Shown: positions 28,300 to 36,672 of the stretch, piece after piece | How positions within the stretch are numbered: the first letter of the stretch is position 1 | Layout of the letters: each line of letters opens with the position of its first letter | Source of the DNA: a virus | Lineage: Duplodnaviria > Caudoviricetes | Length of the DNA: 53,405 nt | IMG/VR virus record: IMGVR_UViG_3300020593_000094 | Location: 1-53,405 of that record | Strand: one strand, 5' to 3' | Made by a program: the position numbers and the translations under genes | Notes under the pieces: model-generated | What the model saw: the letters and a program-made list of their open reading frames with translations, nothing else | The model's database searches: none | What the model was told of the DNA's origin: nothing

Positions 28300-29053
28300 C
28301 GCGGCGCACCTCTGGAGCTTTCCGGCGCTGCAGCCCCATCTTGGCCAGCAGCAGCTCGCGCGCCTGGCTCGGATTGGTCGGCAGCCCCTGCGCAGTGATC
28401 AGGTCGCGTGCTTCCTGGTGCGACTTCGCCAGTTGCACCTGCATCGGTGTCTTCTCCTCGAAGGCGATGGCCTTCGGGATCTCGCCGTCGAGCGGCTTAC
28501 CCATGGCGGCGCGGGCCTTGACGATGGCGTAGTTGCGCGAGAACACCTTGCGCAGTGACTTGTCGCTCAGCTTGGCGTGCTTCAGGTCCCAGGTGCCGGT
28601 GGCCTTCGCAGCGATCCGCACCGCTTCGTGGCTGTACACGCCGCGCAGAGCTTCCTCCCAGGCTTCATCGTCGGTGGGCATGCCGGGAACCTGCAGGCAC
28701 ATGGCGCGGAATTGTGGAGCCGATGGGGGCCATCCGTCGTTCTCCATGCTGCTGAGCTGGGCCAGGCCATTGGCCAGTTGCTTGCTGGTCAGGCCGGTCA
28801 GGTGCTTCGCCCAGGCGTGGTCAGGCTTCGGGACTGGGCCAAAATTCGCCGTCCAGCGGTGGCCGTAGGTCTGCACCATGGTCTTCCAGAGGCTCTCCAG
28901 CAAAGGCAGCGCCAGTGGCTCCACAAGCTTTGGCGAGGCTTGCTCGCTGCTCATCGATGGCGAGGTCGACCTGCTCGACTGCAGAAAGTGAGCGTTGGCC
29001 AGGTCGCCGGCGCTCGCTGGGCCCTTGGGGGTTTTCGGCTCGATGGTTTCCAT
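28292..29053 (-). CDS. Replication protein P-like (helicase loader)
   Basis: YG.RW...FG, W...L.GLT..QLA.GL, WPPSAPQFR.MC. AGGAG precedes ATG 29053. Follows the initiator gene. Confidence 0.75.
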   Translation of the reverse strand: METIEPKTPKGPASAGDLANAHFLQSSRSTSPSMSSEQASPKLVEPLALPLLESLWKTMVQTYGHRWTANFGPVPKPDHAWAKHLTGLTSKQLANGLAQLSSMENDGWPPSAPQFRAMCLQVPGMPTDDEAWEEALRGVYSHEAVRIAAKATGTWDLKHAKLSDKSLRKVFSRNYAIVKARAAMGKPLDGEIPKAIAFEEKTPMQVQLAKSHQEARDLITAQGLPTNPSQARELLLAKMGLQRRKAPEVRRDA

Positions 29054-29840
29054 GGCTGCTCCTGTTCTGGTCGTAGCGGTGCTTGCGCTTCAGGTCTTTC
29101 GCCAGTTGGTGCTCCCACTGGCCCTGTGACTGGTACTTGTCGTGTCGGTTGATCCAGTAGCTGCGGAATTCGAGGAGGTCGTCATCGCGCAGCTGGAACC
29201 CTTGCATCCCGATTCGCACCAACGTCGCTGGCCAGCCTCTGGGGCTTGGCGTCCATGCGTCGTGCATCGGGAAGCGATCTGGGGGGTCATGGCTCGCGCG
29301 CGGAAGGGAAGTAGGAAGTTCTTTTGGAGGAAGACCGGATGTAGGCCCCACCTCTGGCCCCACCTCGGTCGAACCTCCGGCCCCACCTAAGGCCCTGCCT
29401 GATCCATCTATCTCGCTGCAAGCCAGTAAATCCGCACCCTCTGGATCAAAATCATTGGCCCCACCTAAGGCCCTAGGTCTGGCCCCACCTGTGACAAACC
29501 TCTGGCCCCACCTCTCCGAGACGGATTTATCCCGTTCAGCCTTCGGAAGGTGGAAAACGAAGGGGCCGATGCTTCCCATGGGCTCAAGAAGACCGCGGCG
29601 AACCAGGGCATCGATGGCGTAGCGGATTTCCTTGCGGGTGGCCTTATGCGCTGGACGGCCAGGTGATGCGGGGATGCTCAGGACCTCGATCAGCATCTGC
29701 TCGCTCAGGCGCCGGACTTCGCCGGAGAACCCGGTGCGGTAGTCCATGTGCATGCGAATGGCGCAGTAGACCTTGAGCAGCTGATGCGGCTCGTCCACCA
29801 AGGCGTCCCACTCGGCGTCGCAGATCAGGAACGACGGCAT
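28821..29840 (-). CDS. Phage replication initiator (O-like) with DnaT-like ssDNA-binding domain
   Basis: Lies after cII. RFPMH.AW.P...L.EFRSYW....W..LA segment. Internal GGCCCCACCT repeats at about 29340-29515 are consistent with origin iterons. Confidence 0.75.
   Translation of the reverse strand: MPSFLICDAEWDALVDEPHQLLKVYCAIRMHMDYRTGFSGEVRRLSEQMLIEVLSIPASPGRPAHKATRKEIRYAIDALVRRGLLEPMGSIGPFVFHLPKAERDKSVSERWGQRFVTGGARPRALGGANDFDPEGADLLACSEIDGSGRALGGAGGSTEVGPEVGPTSGLPPKELPTSLPRASHDPPDRFPMHDAWTPSPRGWPATLVRIGMQGFQLRDDDLLEFRSYWINRHDKYQSQGQWEHQLAKDLKRKHRYDQNRSSHGNHRAENPQGPSERRRPGQRSLSAVEQVDLAIDEQRASLAKACGATGAAFAGEPLEDHGADLRPPLDGEFWPSPEA
29343..29513. repeat. Iteron-like direct repeats GGCCCCACCT (candidate phage replication origin)
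   Basis: Six copies of GGCCCCACCT between 29343 and 29513, inside the initiator gene, as for lambdoid ori. Confidence 0.65.
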
Positions 29841-29842
29841 CG

Positions 29843-30151
29843 TCAGTCCGCCACGAGCTGATCAACGCCCTGGACGTGATCCATCCAGCGCTTGGCCTGG
29901 TAAAGGATCGCCTCGATGTCGCGCTCGTCGAAACAGCGCATGCCCTTCGGCACCACCTTCAGGTCCAGCACCGCGAGGATCTCGCAGAACTGCTGGAACT
30001 TCTCCGGCTTCATCCGGCTGATCGTGGCCTCGTCGCAACCCACCGCAACCGCCACCGGCGCGTTGCCGACCGACGCAAGCCGTTGCATGAGGATGGCGAA
30101 GTTCTTGCGGGCCCTGATCGCCTGATCCTGGTCCAATTGAGTTGTGGACAT
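29843..30151 (-). CDS. cII: CII-family transcriptional activator
   Basis: LASVGNAPVAVAVGCDEATISRMK...LAVLDLKVVP; downstream of cro. Confidence 0.85.
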   Translation of the reverse strand: MSTTQLDQDQAIRARKNFAILMQRLASVGNAPVAVAVGCDEATISRMKPEKFQQFCEILAVLDLKVVPKGMRCFDERDIEAILYQAKRWMDHVQGVDQLVAD

Positions 30152-30153
30152 GG

Positions 30154-30399
30154 TCAGGACGCCAACTCTTGACGGGCTGCGGCTATCGCGGCCAGTTCGG
30201 GAAAGAACGAGAACGCTGAAACCTGACCATTCGTGGCCTTATGAAGCTTCGATGCAACGCCTTCGCTGGGCTTCCGGTGCCCTCCGGCAATCAGCCAGAG
30301 ATAACCAACAGAGATCCCGGCTTCATCAGCAACGCGCCGGCGCTCGTCATCAGTGGCTCCAGAAAGCCACTTCTGCATATCGGGGATGGGGGTCTTCAT
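30154..30399 (-). CDS. cro: Cro-like HTH regulator
   Basis: HTH (VADEAGISVGYLWLIAGGHRKPS); divergent from the repressor. Confidence 0.8.
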   Translation of the reverse strand: MKTPIPDMQKWLSGATDDERRRVADEAGISVGYLWLIAGGHRKPSEGVASKLHKATNGQVSAFSFFPELAAIAAARQELAS

Positions 30400-30427
30400 A
30401 GGCTCACCTTCGGTCAGATAAATCAAA

Positions 30428-30493
30428 TTTATCTCACAGATAATTTCAAGGCAAGCAAGGTTTATCGTGTCGATTATTTATCAGATAGATAAA
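30428..30493. promoter_or_regulatory. OR operator region: three TTTATC-N5-GATAAA-type palindromes
   Basis: 30428-30444 TTTATC-TCACA-GATAAT; 30461-30477 TTTATC-GTGTC-GATTAT; 30477-30493 TTTATC-AGATA-GATAAA; all between cro and cI. Confidence 0.8.
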
Positions 30494-30511
30494 AGAGGCG
30501 AAAATTTCGCC

Positions 30512-31216
30512 ATGGACATCAACACCGTGCGCAGGGAAAACCTGCGAAAACTCATCCAGCAGGCTCCATCTCAGGCCGAGTTCGCCGACTCGTGCGGAAC
30601 GGCCGCATCGGTCATCAGCCTCATCGTCTCTCCTAACCCAAAGCGAAACCTTGGGGACAGACTCGCGAGAAAGATTGAAGCTGCGCGAGACCTTCCTCAC
30701 GGATGGCTGGATGTGCAGCACCAGGGTCAGGAAGGGATTGATGTTTCCTCACTTCCTGCACCTCTCGCCCAGAAAATCAGCAGTTATCGCGCCAAGGTGA
30801 GCATCGAGCGCTTCGATATAGCCGGTTCGATGGGGCCCGGCACGGAACCGCCGGACCTGCACAACATCGTCGACTCAATGACACTGGATGCTTCCTGGGT
30901 TCGTCAGAACCTGGTCTACACAGCGGTCGAGAACATCAAGCTGATATCCGGCCGGGGCGACAGCATGTCCCCCACCATCAAGAACGGTGACCCACTGCTG
31001 GTGGACGTGGGAATCACGTCGGTGGAATGTGACGCCATCTACTTCTTCATGATGGGGAAGCAGCTGCAAATCAAGAGGATTCAGCGGCATCTGGACGGCC
31101 TCACGGTCCTCTCGGACAACGATCGGTACAAGCCGATCGAAATCGCTGCCGAGCGCGAGGAAGAACTGACGATCTTCGCCCAGGTGATTTACGGCTGGAA
31201 TGGGCAGAAATTCTGA
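30512..31216 (+). CDS. cI: CI-like repressor (HTH + S24 peptidase)
   Basis: N-terminal HTH (RRENLR...ARKIE...GWLD) and GDSMSPTI...IKRI autocleavage domain. Confidence 0.92.
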   Translation: MDINTVRRENLRKLIQQAPSQAEFADSCGTAASVISLIVSPNPKRNLGDRLARKIEAARDLPHGWLDVQHQGQEGIDVSSLPAPLAQKISSYRAKVSIERFDIAGSMGPGTEPPDLHNIVDSMTLDASWVRQNLVYTAVENIKLISGRGDSMSPTIKNGDPLLVDVGITSVECDAIYFFMMGKQLQIKRIQRHLDGLTVLSDNDRYKPIEIAAEREEELTIFAQVIYGWNGQKF

Positions 31217-31264
31217 GCCCGGCCACTTGGCGCAGAACATTTTTTGATCAAACAAGGAGGTTCC

Positions 31265-31576
31265 ATGCGAGCAATCGCTATTGCGGTACTGATGATTACC
31301 CTGTCCGGCTGTGCCAGCAACGGGACGCCAATCGATCAGGCGGACGTTCGACAGATCGTTCAGGGACAGACCACATACGACCAAATGATCGAGCGATTCG
31401 GTACCCCGCTTTCCCAGTCCTTCGACTCCGATGGGAATCTGCAGGCGACCTGGTTCTACGTATACGTCGGGCCATTCGGGGCCGGCATGGAGCAGCAAAA
31501 CCTGACCGCTCTCTTCGACAAAGACAACAAGGTCAAGCGGTACGTGATGACCAATGGTCAGCCGGGGAAGCGCTGA
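31265..31576 (+). CDS. SmpA/OmlA(BamE)-like lipoprotein
   Basis: Lipobox LSGC; I..GQTT..Q....FG.P...W.Y pattern; directly downstream of cI. Confidence 0.75.
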   Translation: MRAIAIAVLMITLSGCASNGTPIDQADVRQIVQGQTTYDQMIERFGTPLSQSFDSDGNLQATWFYVYVGPFGAGMEQQNLTALFDKDNKVKRYVMTNGQPGKR

Positions 31577-31577
31577 T

Positions 31578-32027
31578 ATGACGACGCGACGGCTTGCCGG
31601 AATTTACCTTGCCCAGGCTATCTCTCTGCTAAGCGCATGCACCTGGACTGGAACTGCACTGGCTGAACCTACATACGTCGAAAAAATGACCGGCCTTCCA
31701 GCAGTTTGCACCATCGAGGACATGTATCAACAGACCGAGGTTGATGCTGCCGCGAAGAAATTTGGCGAAGGTAGCAAAAGCTGGTCCAAGGCGTTCCACT
31801 CCAGACTTGAAGCTGTACGCACTTGCGTGGATGGAGCAAAAGAAAAGGGAAAGCTTCTTTACAAAGCTGAAATAGCGAGCAGGCCAGAGCTAAAACACCA
31901 TCTTTCCGAAATGTATACCGCATGGCTCGATTATCTCGATCATCTATCCGATCAGGATAGGTCAACATTTGAAGAAGCCTACGAGCAATCTGCAAACCGG
32001 CTTAAAGCTGAGCTCGATGCTAGCTGA
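31578..32027 (+). CDS. Secreted hypothetical protein
   Basis: Signal-peptide-like N-terminus ending ALA; two Cys in the mature part; lower GC. Confidence 0.65.
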   Translation: MTTRRLAGIYLAQAISLLSACTWTGTALAEPTYVEKMTGLPAVCTIEDMYQQTEVDAAAKKFGEGSKSWSKAFHSRLEAVRTCVDGAKEKGKLLYKAEIASRPELKHHLSEMYTAWLDYLDHLSDQDRSTFEEAYEQSANRLKAELDAS

Positions 32028-32080
32028 TGCTGCGCTTCTAGCCAAAGGTCTACGCTGAAACCTCTACCCCGGAGGTTCCC

Positions 32081-32293
32081 ATGGCCGACTCCCCTCTCCC
32101 CGCCCTGCTCTACCGCCTCAATCTGAACATCAACGCCATCGGATCGGCCGTCGAAGAGCTGGCGATCTGGGTTGAGCAACGAGGCTCAACCGAGACCGCT
32201 GATGTCGTGAAGCTCCACCTGGAGACGCTGATCGAGAACGCGGACTTCATTTCGGAAGCGCTGGTGGAGCTGATTGCGCAGCAGGATGGCTGA
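32081..32293 (+). CDS. Small hypothetical protein
   Basis: 70-aa helical ORF with a GGAGG RBS. Confidence 0.65.
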   Translation: MADSPLPALLYRLNLNINAIGSAVEELAIWVEQRGSTETADVVKLHLETLIENADFISEALVELIAQQDG

Positions 32294-32548
32294 TCACCAG
32301 GCGCTCTCATCCACCTGCCAACGCAGCGTGATTGAGCCGTCCTCGCCCTCTTCCATCTCCAGCCCATCGTTTGAGCGCAGCTCTTCCAGCAACCGCTCCC
32401 AATCTTCCTCCGCCTCATCCTCCTGCCTTCGGATCGTCGCCGCCCGTACGCGCTGCACCGGCGGCGAATTGATCAGCCGCTGAAGCCTACCCACCAATAG
32501 GTCGTACCCAGACGGTTGCTGATCATGCTTGCGCGCTGCCTTTGCCAT
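32294..32548 (-). CDS. DUF1654-like protein, LexA-controlled
   Basis: Y..L..R.QR.INSP..Q......I.R...E...DW..LLEE pattern; GGAGG RBS; SOS box immediately upstream. Confidence 0.75.
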   Translation of the reverse strand: MAKAARKHDQQPSGYDLLVGRLQRLINSPPVQRVRAATIRRQEDEAEEDWERLLEELRSNDGLEMEEGEDGSITLRWQVDESAW

Positions 32549-32567
32549 GTTGAACCTCCGTCTCAAT

Positions 32568-32587
32568 TACTGGTTATTCATACAGTA
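32568..32587. promoter_or_regulatory. LexA (SOS) box
   Basis: TACTG-GTTATTCATA-CAGTA matches CTG-N10-CAG with TA flanks. Confidence 0.85.
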
Positions 32588-32671
32588 TTTTGAGATTTAG
32601 GGATTCGCAAGCAGCTCGCCATAGAAAAATTCCCAAGCGAAATCACAGAGATAACCAGCATGAGCAATAAA

Positions 32672-32713
32672 TTTATCATTCTGATATTGACCAATATTTA
32701 TCGTGCAGATAAA
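32672..32713. promoter_or_regulatory. OL operator region: two TTTATC-N5-GATAAA-type sites
   Basis: 32672-32688 TTTATC-ATTCT-GATATT; 32697-32713 TTTATC-GTGCA-GATAAA. Same motif as OR, upstream of the plus-strand early operon. Confidence 0.8.
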
Positions 32714-33364
32714 TTTACTTCCAACGCCGCAGCCGTTCGCCACTGTTCGCAGTCGTCCGCTGAAGGCCAGGCCACCGAGCCGCGCTCTTTCACAACTCCG
32801 ATCCCTCCGCAGTCCCGACAGGCGCCGACACCGGCCTGAGCGACGGAGGCAAAACCGACTGCTATTGCGGGAGAACCCGCCCACGCCTGGCTCTGGATAC
32901 CAGGCCGTCTCGACCTGCTGGTGCGACTGGAGCCAGCAACAACCGAGGCGCGCTGCAACGCTCCCTGCCGGGTTGCCTGAGATGAAGGCGTTCCACCGGC
33001 ACAGCGGAAACAGTGACAGCTGTGCCCTGCCGGGTGGCGAGTAACCCGGTGCTGACAGCCAGACGCACCAACCGCGGGTTGTAGAAGCCCAGTAGGCGAA
33101 CGCGGAGCGACACCGAATACCAGCCAAGCACGGCAGGCGCATTCACCGAGTGCGCCCACCGGGACTGGATGGCTTCCCCCTTCAAGACGGTCCTCATAAA
33201 TGTCCACCAAGGGGCGCGATCGATGCGGGCGAAACCGCAGGCGGGCTTTGCGACTGAGCCATATCAAAGAGTGCGGGCAGCCGGCCAACGTGGCGCTGAC
33301 AGCCGGGAAAGACCGGCCCAATGCTCCTGGCGGTTCGTCACGGCTCCGCCAGGGCGCATCGGAA

Positions 33365-33498
33365 AGTGATCTGAATGCGCAGGCTGATGCGTAGCGACGC
33401 AGGCTCACAAGCGGGGCGCCGGTGGGCGAAAGCTGGCCGGCTCGGTTAGAACCTGACACTTCACACCCAAGCCGGAGATCAGCACCGGCCAGATCACT
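33365..33498 (+). ncRNA. Candidate tRNA-like structured RNA in the pL leader
   Basis: Closing stem AGTGATCTG/CAGATCACT, D-like arm TGCGCA-GGCTGA-TGCGTA, and T-like arm GCCGG-AGATCAGCA-CCGGC abutting the 3' strand. Confidence 0.45.
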
Positions 33499-33532
33499 CC
33501 CCGATGCGTAAGCATCAGACCCCCATCCTTCG

Positions 33533-33557
33533 CCCGGCTTCGGCCGGGTTCTTTTTC
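33533..33557 (+). terminator. Intrinsic terminator (tL-like)
   Basis: CCCGGC-TTCG-GCCGGG followed by TTCTTTTT. Confidence 0.75.
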
Positions 33558-33652
33558 CGCCCGCATCCGCATGAACGTTCCCCGCCTCCCCATCGGGCCA
33601 GCCCGGCGGCGAGAGCGTTCATTCGCATGTCGGCGCCACTGAGGACACCGCC

Positions 33653-33886
33653 ATGTTCCACACCTTCCGCGGGCGCCGGAACCGCCGGCGCGCCCACTTC
33701 CAGGGCGCCCAGGCGGCCTACGACCTGCGCGGCGACCCCTTGTGGGATGGCCCTGATCCTGAACCCGAAGACCTCGACGAGGACTGCAGCGATGACGACG
33801 ACGATCGACTCCGACTGGGCGACGAAGAAAGCCCGCTGGATGGTGGAACGCGAGATTCACCTGATCAGCACCAGCGCTGTGCCTGA
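33653..33886 (+). CDS. Small acidic early protein
   Basis: GAGGA RBS; basic N-terminus and Asp/Glu-rich remainder; overlaps the next ORF. Confidence 0.5.
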   Translation: MFHTFRGRRNRRRAHFQGAQAAYDLRGDPLWDGPDPEPEDLDEDCSDDDDDRLRLGDEESPLDGGTRDSPDQHQRCA

Positions 33887-34079
33887 CGCCGAGTGCGCCA
33901 GGGCAATGGTCGAGGCCTACGTCGTCGTCTGCCTCCTCACCGAGGAGCAGCAGAACGAATACAACGAGCAGGCGGATGAAGCAGCGCGCAAGCGCCGCCG
34001 CCAGCTCACTGCCAGCCGCGTAAACCGCCTTCTGGAGGAGATTCGGGATGACGACCAGACCCGTTCAATCGCTCATTGA
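33792..34079 (+). CDS. Hypothetical early protein
   Basis: Distal part of ORF 33504-34079, starting MTTTIDSDW after GAGGA. Confidence 0.6.
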   Translation: MTTTIDSDWATKKARWMVEREIHLISTSAVPDAECARAMVEAYVVVCLLTEEQQNEYNEQADEAARKRRRQLTASRVNRLLEEIRDDDQTRSIAH

Positions 34080-34239
34080 CGACCAGGTCGCCGACCTGAT
34101 CATGCCGGCCGGCGCCGACATCGCCGTCGCACTCGGCCTGCCACGCGAGACGCTGGTGCAGAACCTGCCGCGCCGCATGGCGCTGACCATCAAGAAGGGC
34201 CGGAAGTGCCTGGGGGTGCGCCGTGAACGCGAAGCGTAA
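34048..34239 (+). CDS. Small hypothetical early protein
   Basis: 63 aa, GGAGG RBS, host-like codon usage. Confidence 0.6.
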   Translation: MTTRPVQSLIDDQVADLIMPAGADIAVALGLPRETLVQNLPRRMALTIKKGRKCLGVRREREA

Positions 34240-34357
34240 AGCCATCCTGCTCGGCGCCCTCGGTGCCGTCGCCCTCTACACCTTCCTGATCATCGGCCCT
34301 GCCACCGCCGGTCATATCACCGGCGAGCAACCCACGACGGCGTACGCCGCGAAGTGA
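34223..34357 (+). CDS. Small single-TM protein (44 aa, not in ORF track)
   Basis: GTG start; MNAKRKAILLGALGAVALYTFLIIGPATAGHITGEQPTTAYAAK; fills the gap in the operon. Confidence 0.55.
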   Translation: MNAKRKAILLGALGAVALYTFLIIGPATAGHITGEQPTTAYAAK

Positions 34358-34364
34358 GAACCCC

Positions 34365-34835
34365 ATGACTTCTATTCCTGCTGGCCTGTGCCAATGCGGG
34401 TGCGGCGCTGCTACGCGCGTCGCGTCTGTGAACGATCGCTCGAAAGGCTGGGTGAAAGGCCAGCCGGTCGCCTACGTGAAAGGTCATCACCTTCGCGGCA
34501 ACAAGTCCGGAGCGCTGTCTCCCCGCTGGGCCGGTGGCCGCCACCTGAGCAGCCACGGCTATGTCGTCCTCTGGACACCTGCAGGCCGCAAGTACGAGCA
34601 CGTGCTGCTCGCGGAGCAGACGCTCGGCCGGGAGCTGAAGCACCTGCGACGCGGCCATCCACAGAACGAAGTGGTGCACCACATCAACTGGATCAAGACT
34701 GACAACCGCCGGGAGAACCTGCTGATCTGCACCCACGAGTACCACGTCGCTCTCCACCACAGGCTGCAGGCGTCGCCGGATTGGCCTGAGTTTCCATCGG
34801 TGGTGCGGCCTGGCTTCGGAGGTGCGAACACATGA
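34365..34835 (+). CDS. HNH endonuclease
   Basis: C.CGCG N-terminus; YEH...E..LGR.L....EVVHHIN..KTDNRRENL. Confidence 0.88.
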   Translation: MTSIPAGLCQCGCGAATRVASVNDRSKGWVKGQPVAYVKGHHLRGNKSGALSPRWAGGRHLSSHGYVVLWTPAGRKYEHVLLAEQTLGRELKHLRRGHPQNEVVHHINWIKTDNRRENLLICTHEYHVALHHRLQASPDWPEFPSVVRPGFGGANT

Positions 34836-35635
34836 CCATCTACACCGTGCGCGCCTCGTCCTGGGGCGCCCTTTTCGACTGCGGATTTCGCTGGGAGGGC
34901 GTACACCTCCTGAAGATGCGCAACCCGTCATCCCCCCGGGCGCTGCTCGGTACCGCGATCCACGCCAGCACCGCCGCGTTCGACGCGGCACGGGTGAACG
35001 GCGAGCCGATCAGCGCCTACGACGCTTCGGAGCTGCTGGTGCACACGCTGCAGCAGCCTGAGTTCGAGGTGGACTGGCGCGGCTCTGACATCAGCATGCG
35101 CGAAGCCGAGTCCACCGGCCTGGCGCTGCACACGAAGTACTGCAACGACATCAGCCCGAACTACGACTTCGTGGCCGTCGAGCTGACGACCAAGCCCCTG
35201 GAGATCGACTGCGGCGGCGGGATCATCGTCCGCCTCACTGGCCAGCTCGACCGGGCCCGAATCAAGCGCGACTCCCACGGCATCGGTATCGCTGACGTGA
35301 AGACTGGCGGCGCCGCGGTGAGCCAGGGCGTGGCCAAGACCAAGGGCCACAAGCCGCAGATCGGCACCTACGAGCTGCTCTACCAGCACACCACCGGCGA
35401 CCCAATCACCGCGCCGGCCGAGATCATCGGCCTGAAGACCAAGGGCAAGCCCGAGGCGGCGGTAGGCGAAATCATCGGCGCGCGCCAGGTGATGGTCGGC
35501 AGCGAGTCGCACCGCGGCCTGATCGATTACGCGGCGGACATGTTCCGCACCGGCCTGTTCCCACCCAACCCGCAAAGCCCGCTGTGCAGCCCGAAGTACT
35601 GCCCGCGCTGGGCGACCTGCCCCTACCACGAATGA
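34832..35635 (+). CDS. PD-(D/E)XK exonuclease (RecE/RecB-like)
   Basis: GTAIH, G.LD...IADVKTG, Q..TY, C-terminal C...YCP....C cluster; upstream of the annealing protein. Confidence 0.85.
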   Translation: MTIYTVRASSWGALFDCGFRWEGVHLLKMRNPSSPRALLGTAIHASTAAFDAARVNGEPISAYDASELLVHTLQQPEFEVDWRGSDISMREAESTGLALHTKYCNDISPNYDFVAVELTTKPLEIDCGGGIIVRLTGQLDRARIKRDSHGIGIADVKTGGAAVSQGVAKTKGHKPQIGTYELLYQHTTGDPITAPAEIIGLKTKGKPEAAVGEIIGARQVMVGSESHRGLIDYAADMFRTGLFPPNPQSPLCSPKYCPRWATCPYHE

Positions 35636-35643
35636 GGAAGCCC

Positions 35644-36453
35644 ATGAGCCAAACCACCCTCGCCGACCTGCAAACCAGCGCCGTCGCCCGGCGCCAGCAG
35701 GAGCAGGCGCCCGTCGCGATGTCGTTCTTCAACATGGAAGGCTTCGAGCTGATGCAGCGCATCGCCAAGGCCTTCAGCCAGTCCGACCTGGTGCCCAAGC
35801 AGTACCAGGGCAACCTGCCCAACTGCATGATCGCTCTGGACATGGCCCAGCGCATCGGCGCGAACCCGCTGATGGTGATGCAGAACCTGTACGTCGTGCA
35901 CGGCACGCCGGGCTGGTCTAGCAAGTTCCTGATCGCCACGGTGAACACCTGCGGCCGCTACTCCTCCATGCGCTACGAATGGAAGGGAGAGCCTGGCAAG
36001 CCGGACTACGGCTGCCGCGCCTGGACGATCGAAAAGTCCACCGGTGAGCGCCTGGATGGCATCTGGGTGACCTGGAAGATGGTCAACGACGAAGGCTGGG
36101 CAACGAAGAACGGCAGCAAGTGGAAGACGATGCCGGACCAGATGTTCATCTACCGCGCCGCCGCCTTCTGGCAACGCGCCTACGCGCCAGACCTGGGCAT
36201 GGGCCTGCAGACCGCAGAAGAACTGCAGGACGTCATCGACGCCAAGCGCGACACCGACGGCTCCTACACGGTCGACCTCGATGCGCTGCGCCGCCAGCAG
36301 GACACCACCGAGAAGTCGCCTGTAGCCGAGCAGCCAGCTCTCGATCACGAGCCTGGTGAAGTGATCGACACCGTCAGTGGCGAGATCACCAAGACCACCG
36401 AGCGCCAGCCCACCGCCCAGCAGCAGGACGGCAACGACCTCAACTTCGAGTAA
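35644..36453 (+). CDS. RecT/Red-beta-like ssDNA annealing protein
   Basis: S.LVP..YQG...NC.IA..MA.R.G..P..VMQN.Y.V.G.P; W..MPDQM..YRA...W.R.Y.PD..MG....EE. Confidence 0.78.
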   Translation: MSQTTLADLQTSAVARRQQEQAPVAMSFFNMEGFELMQRIAKAFSQSDLVPKQYQGNLPNCMIALDMAQRIGANPLMVMQNLYVVHGTPGWSSKFLIATVNTCGRYSSMRYEWKGEPGKPDYGCRAWTIEKSTGERLDGIWVTWKMVNDEGWATKNGSKWKTMPDQMFIYRAAAFWQRAYAPDLGMGLQTAEELQDVIDAKRDTDGSYTVDLDALRRQQDTTEKSPVAEQPALDHEPGEVIDTVSGEITKTTERQPTAQQQDGNDLNFE

Positions 36454-36459
36454 CCGGCC

Positions 36460-36660
36460 ATGGCCAGCCAGACCATCGAAGAGCAGTTCGACCGCGTGGA
36501 GGAGTTCACCAGCCTCCTCTGCGCGGCTGAGCTCAGCGCCGCCAACAGCTGGGAAGAGCAGTTCACCGCCGACCTGCGCGCGAACTTCCAGCGCTACGGC
36601 GCGCGGATGTTCCTGAGCGAGTCCCAGCACACCACCCTCGATCGCATCGCCAACCAGTAG
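36460..36660 (+). CDS. Small hypothetical protein
   Basis: 66-aa ORF within the operon. Confidence 0.7.
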   Translation: MASQTIEEQFDRVEEFTSLLCAAELSAANSWEEQFTADLRANFQRYGARMFLSESQHTTLDRIANQ

Positions 36661-36672
36661 GAACCCGCACCC

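Noticed and set aside
34832-35635. Cas4 or CRISPR association of the Cys-cluster PD-(D/E)XK nuclease
   Set aside because: No array or other cas genes; the position before a RecT-like gene indicates a phage recombination exonuclease.
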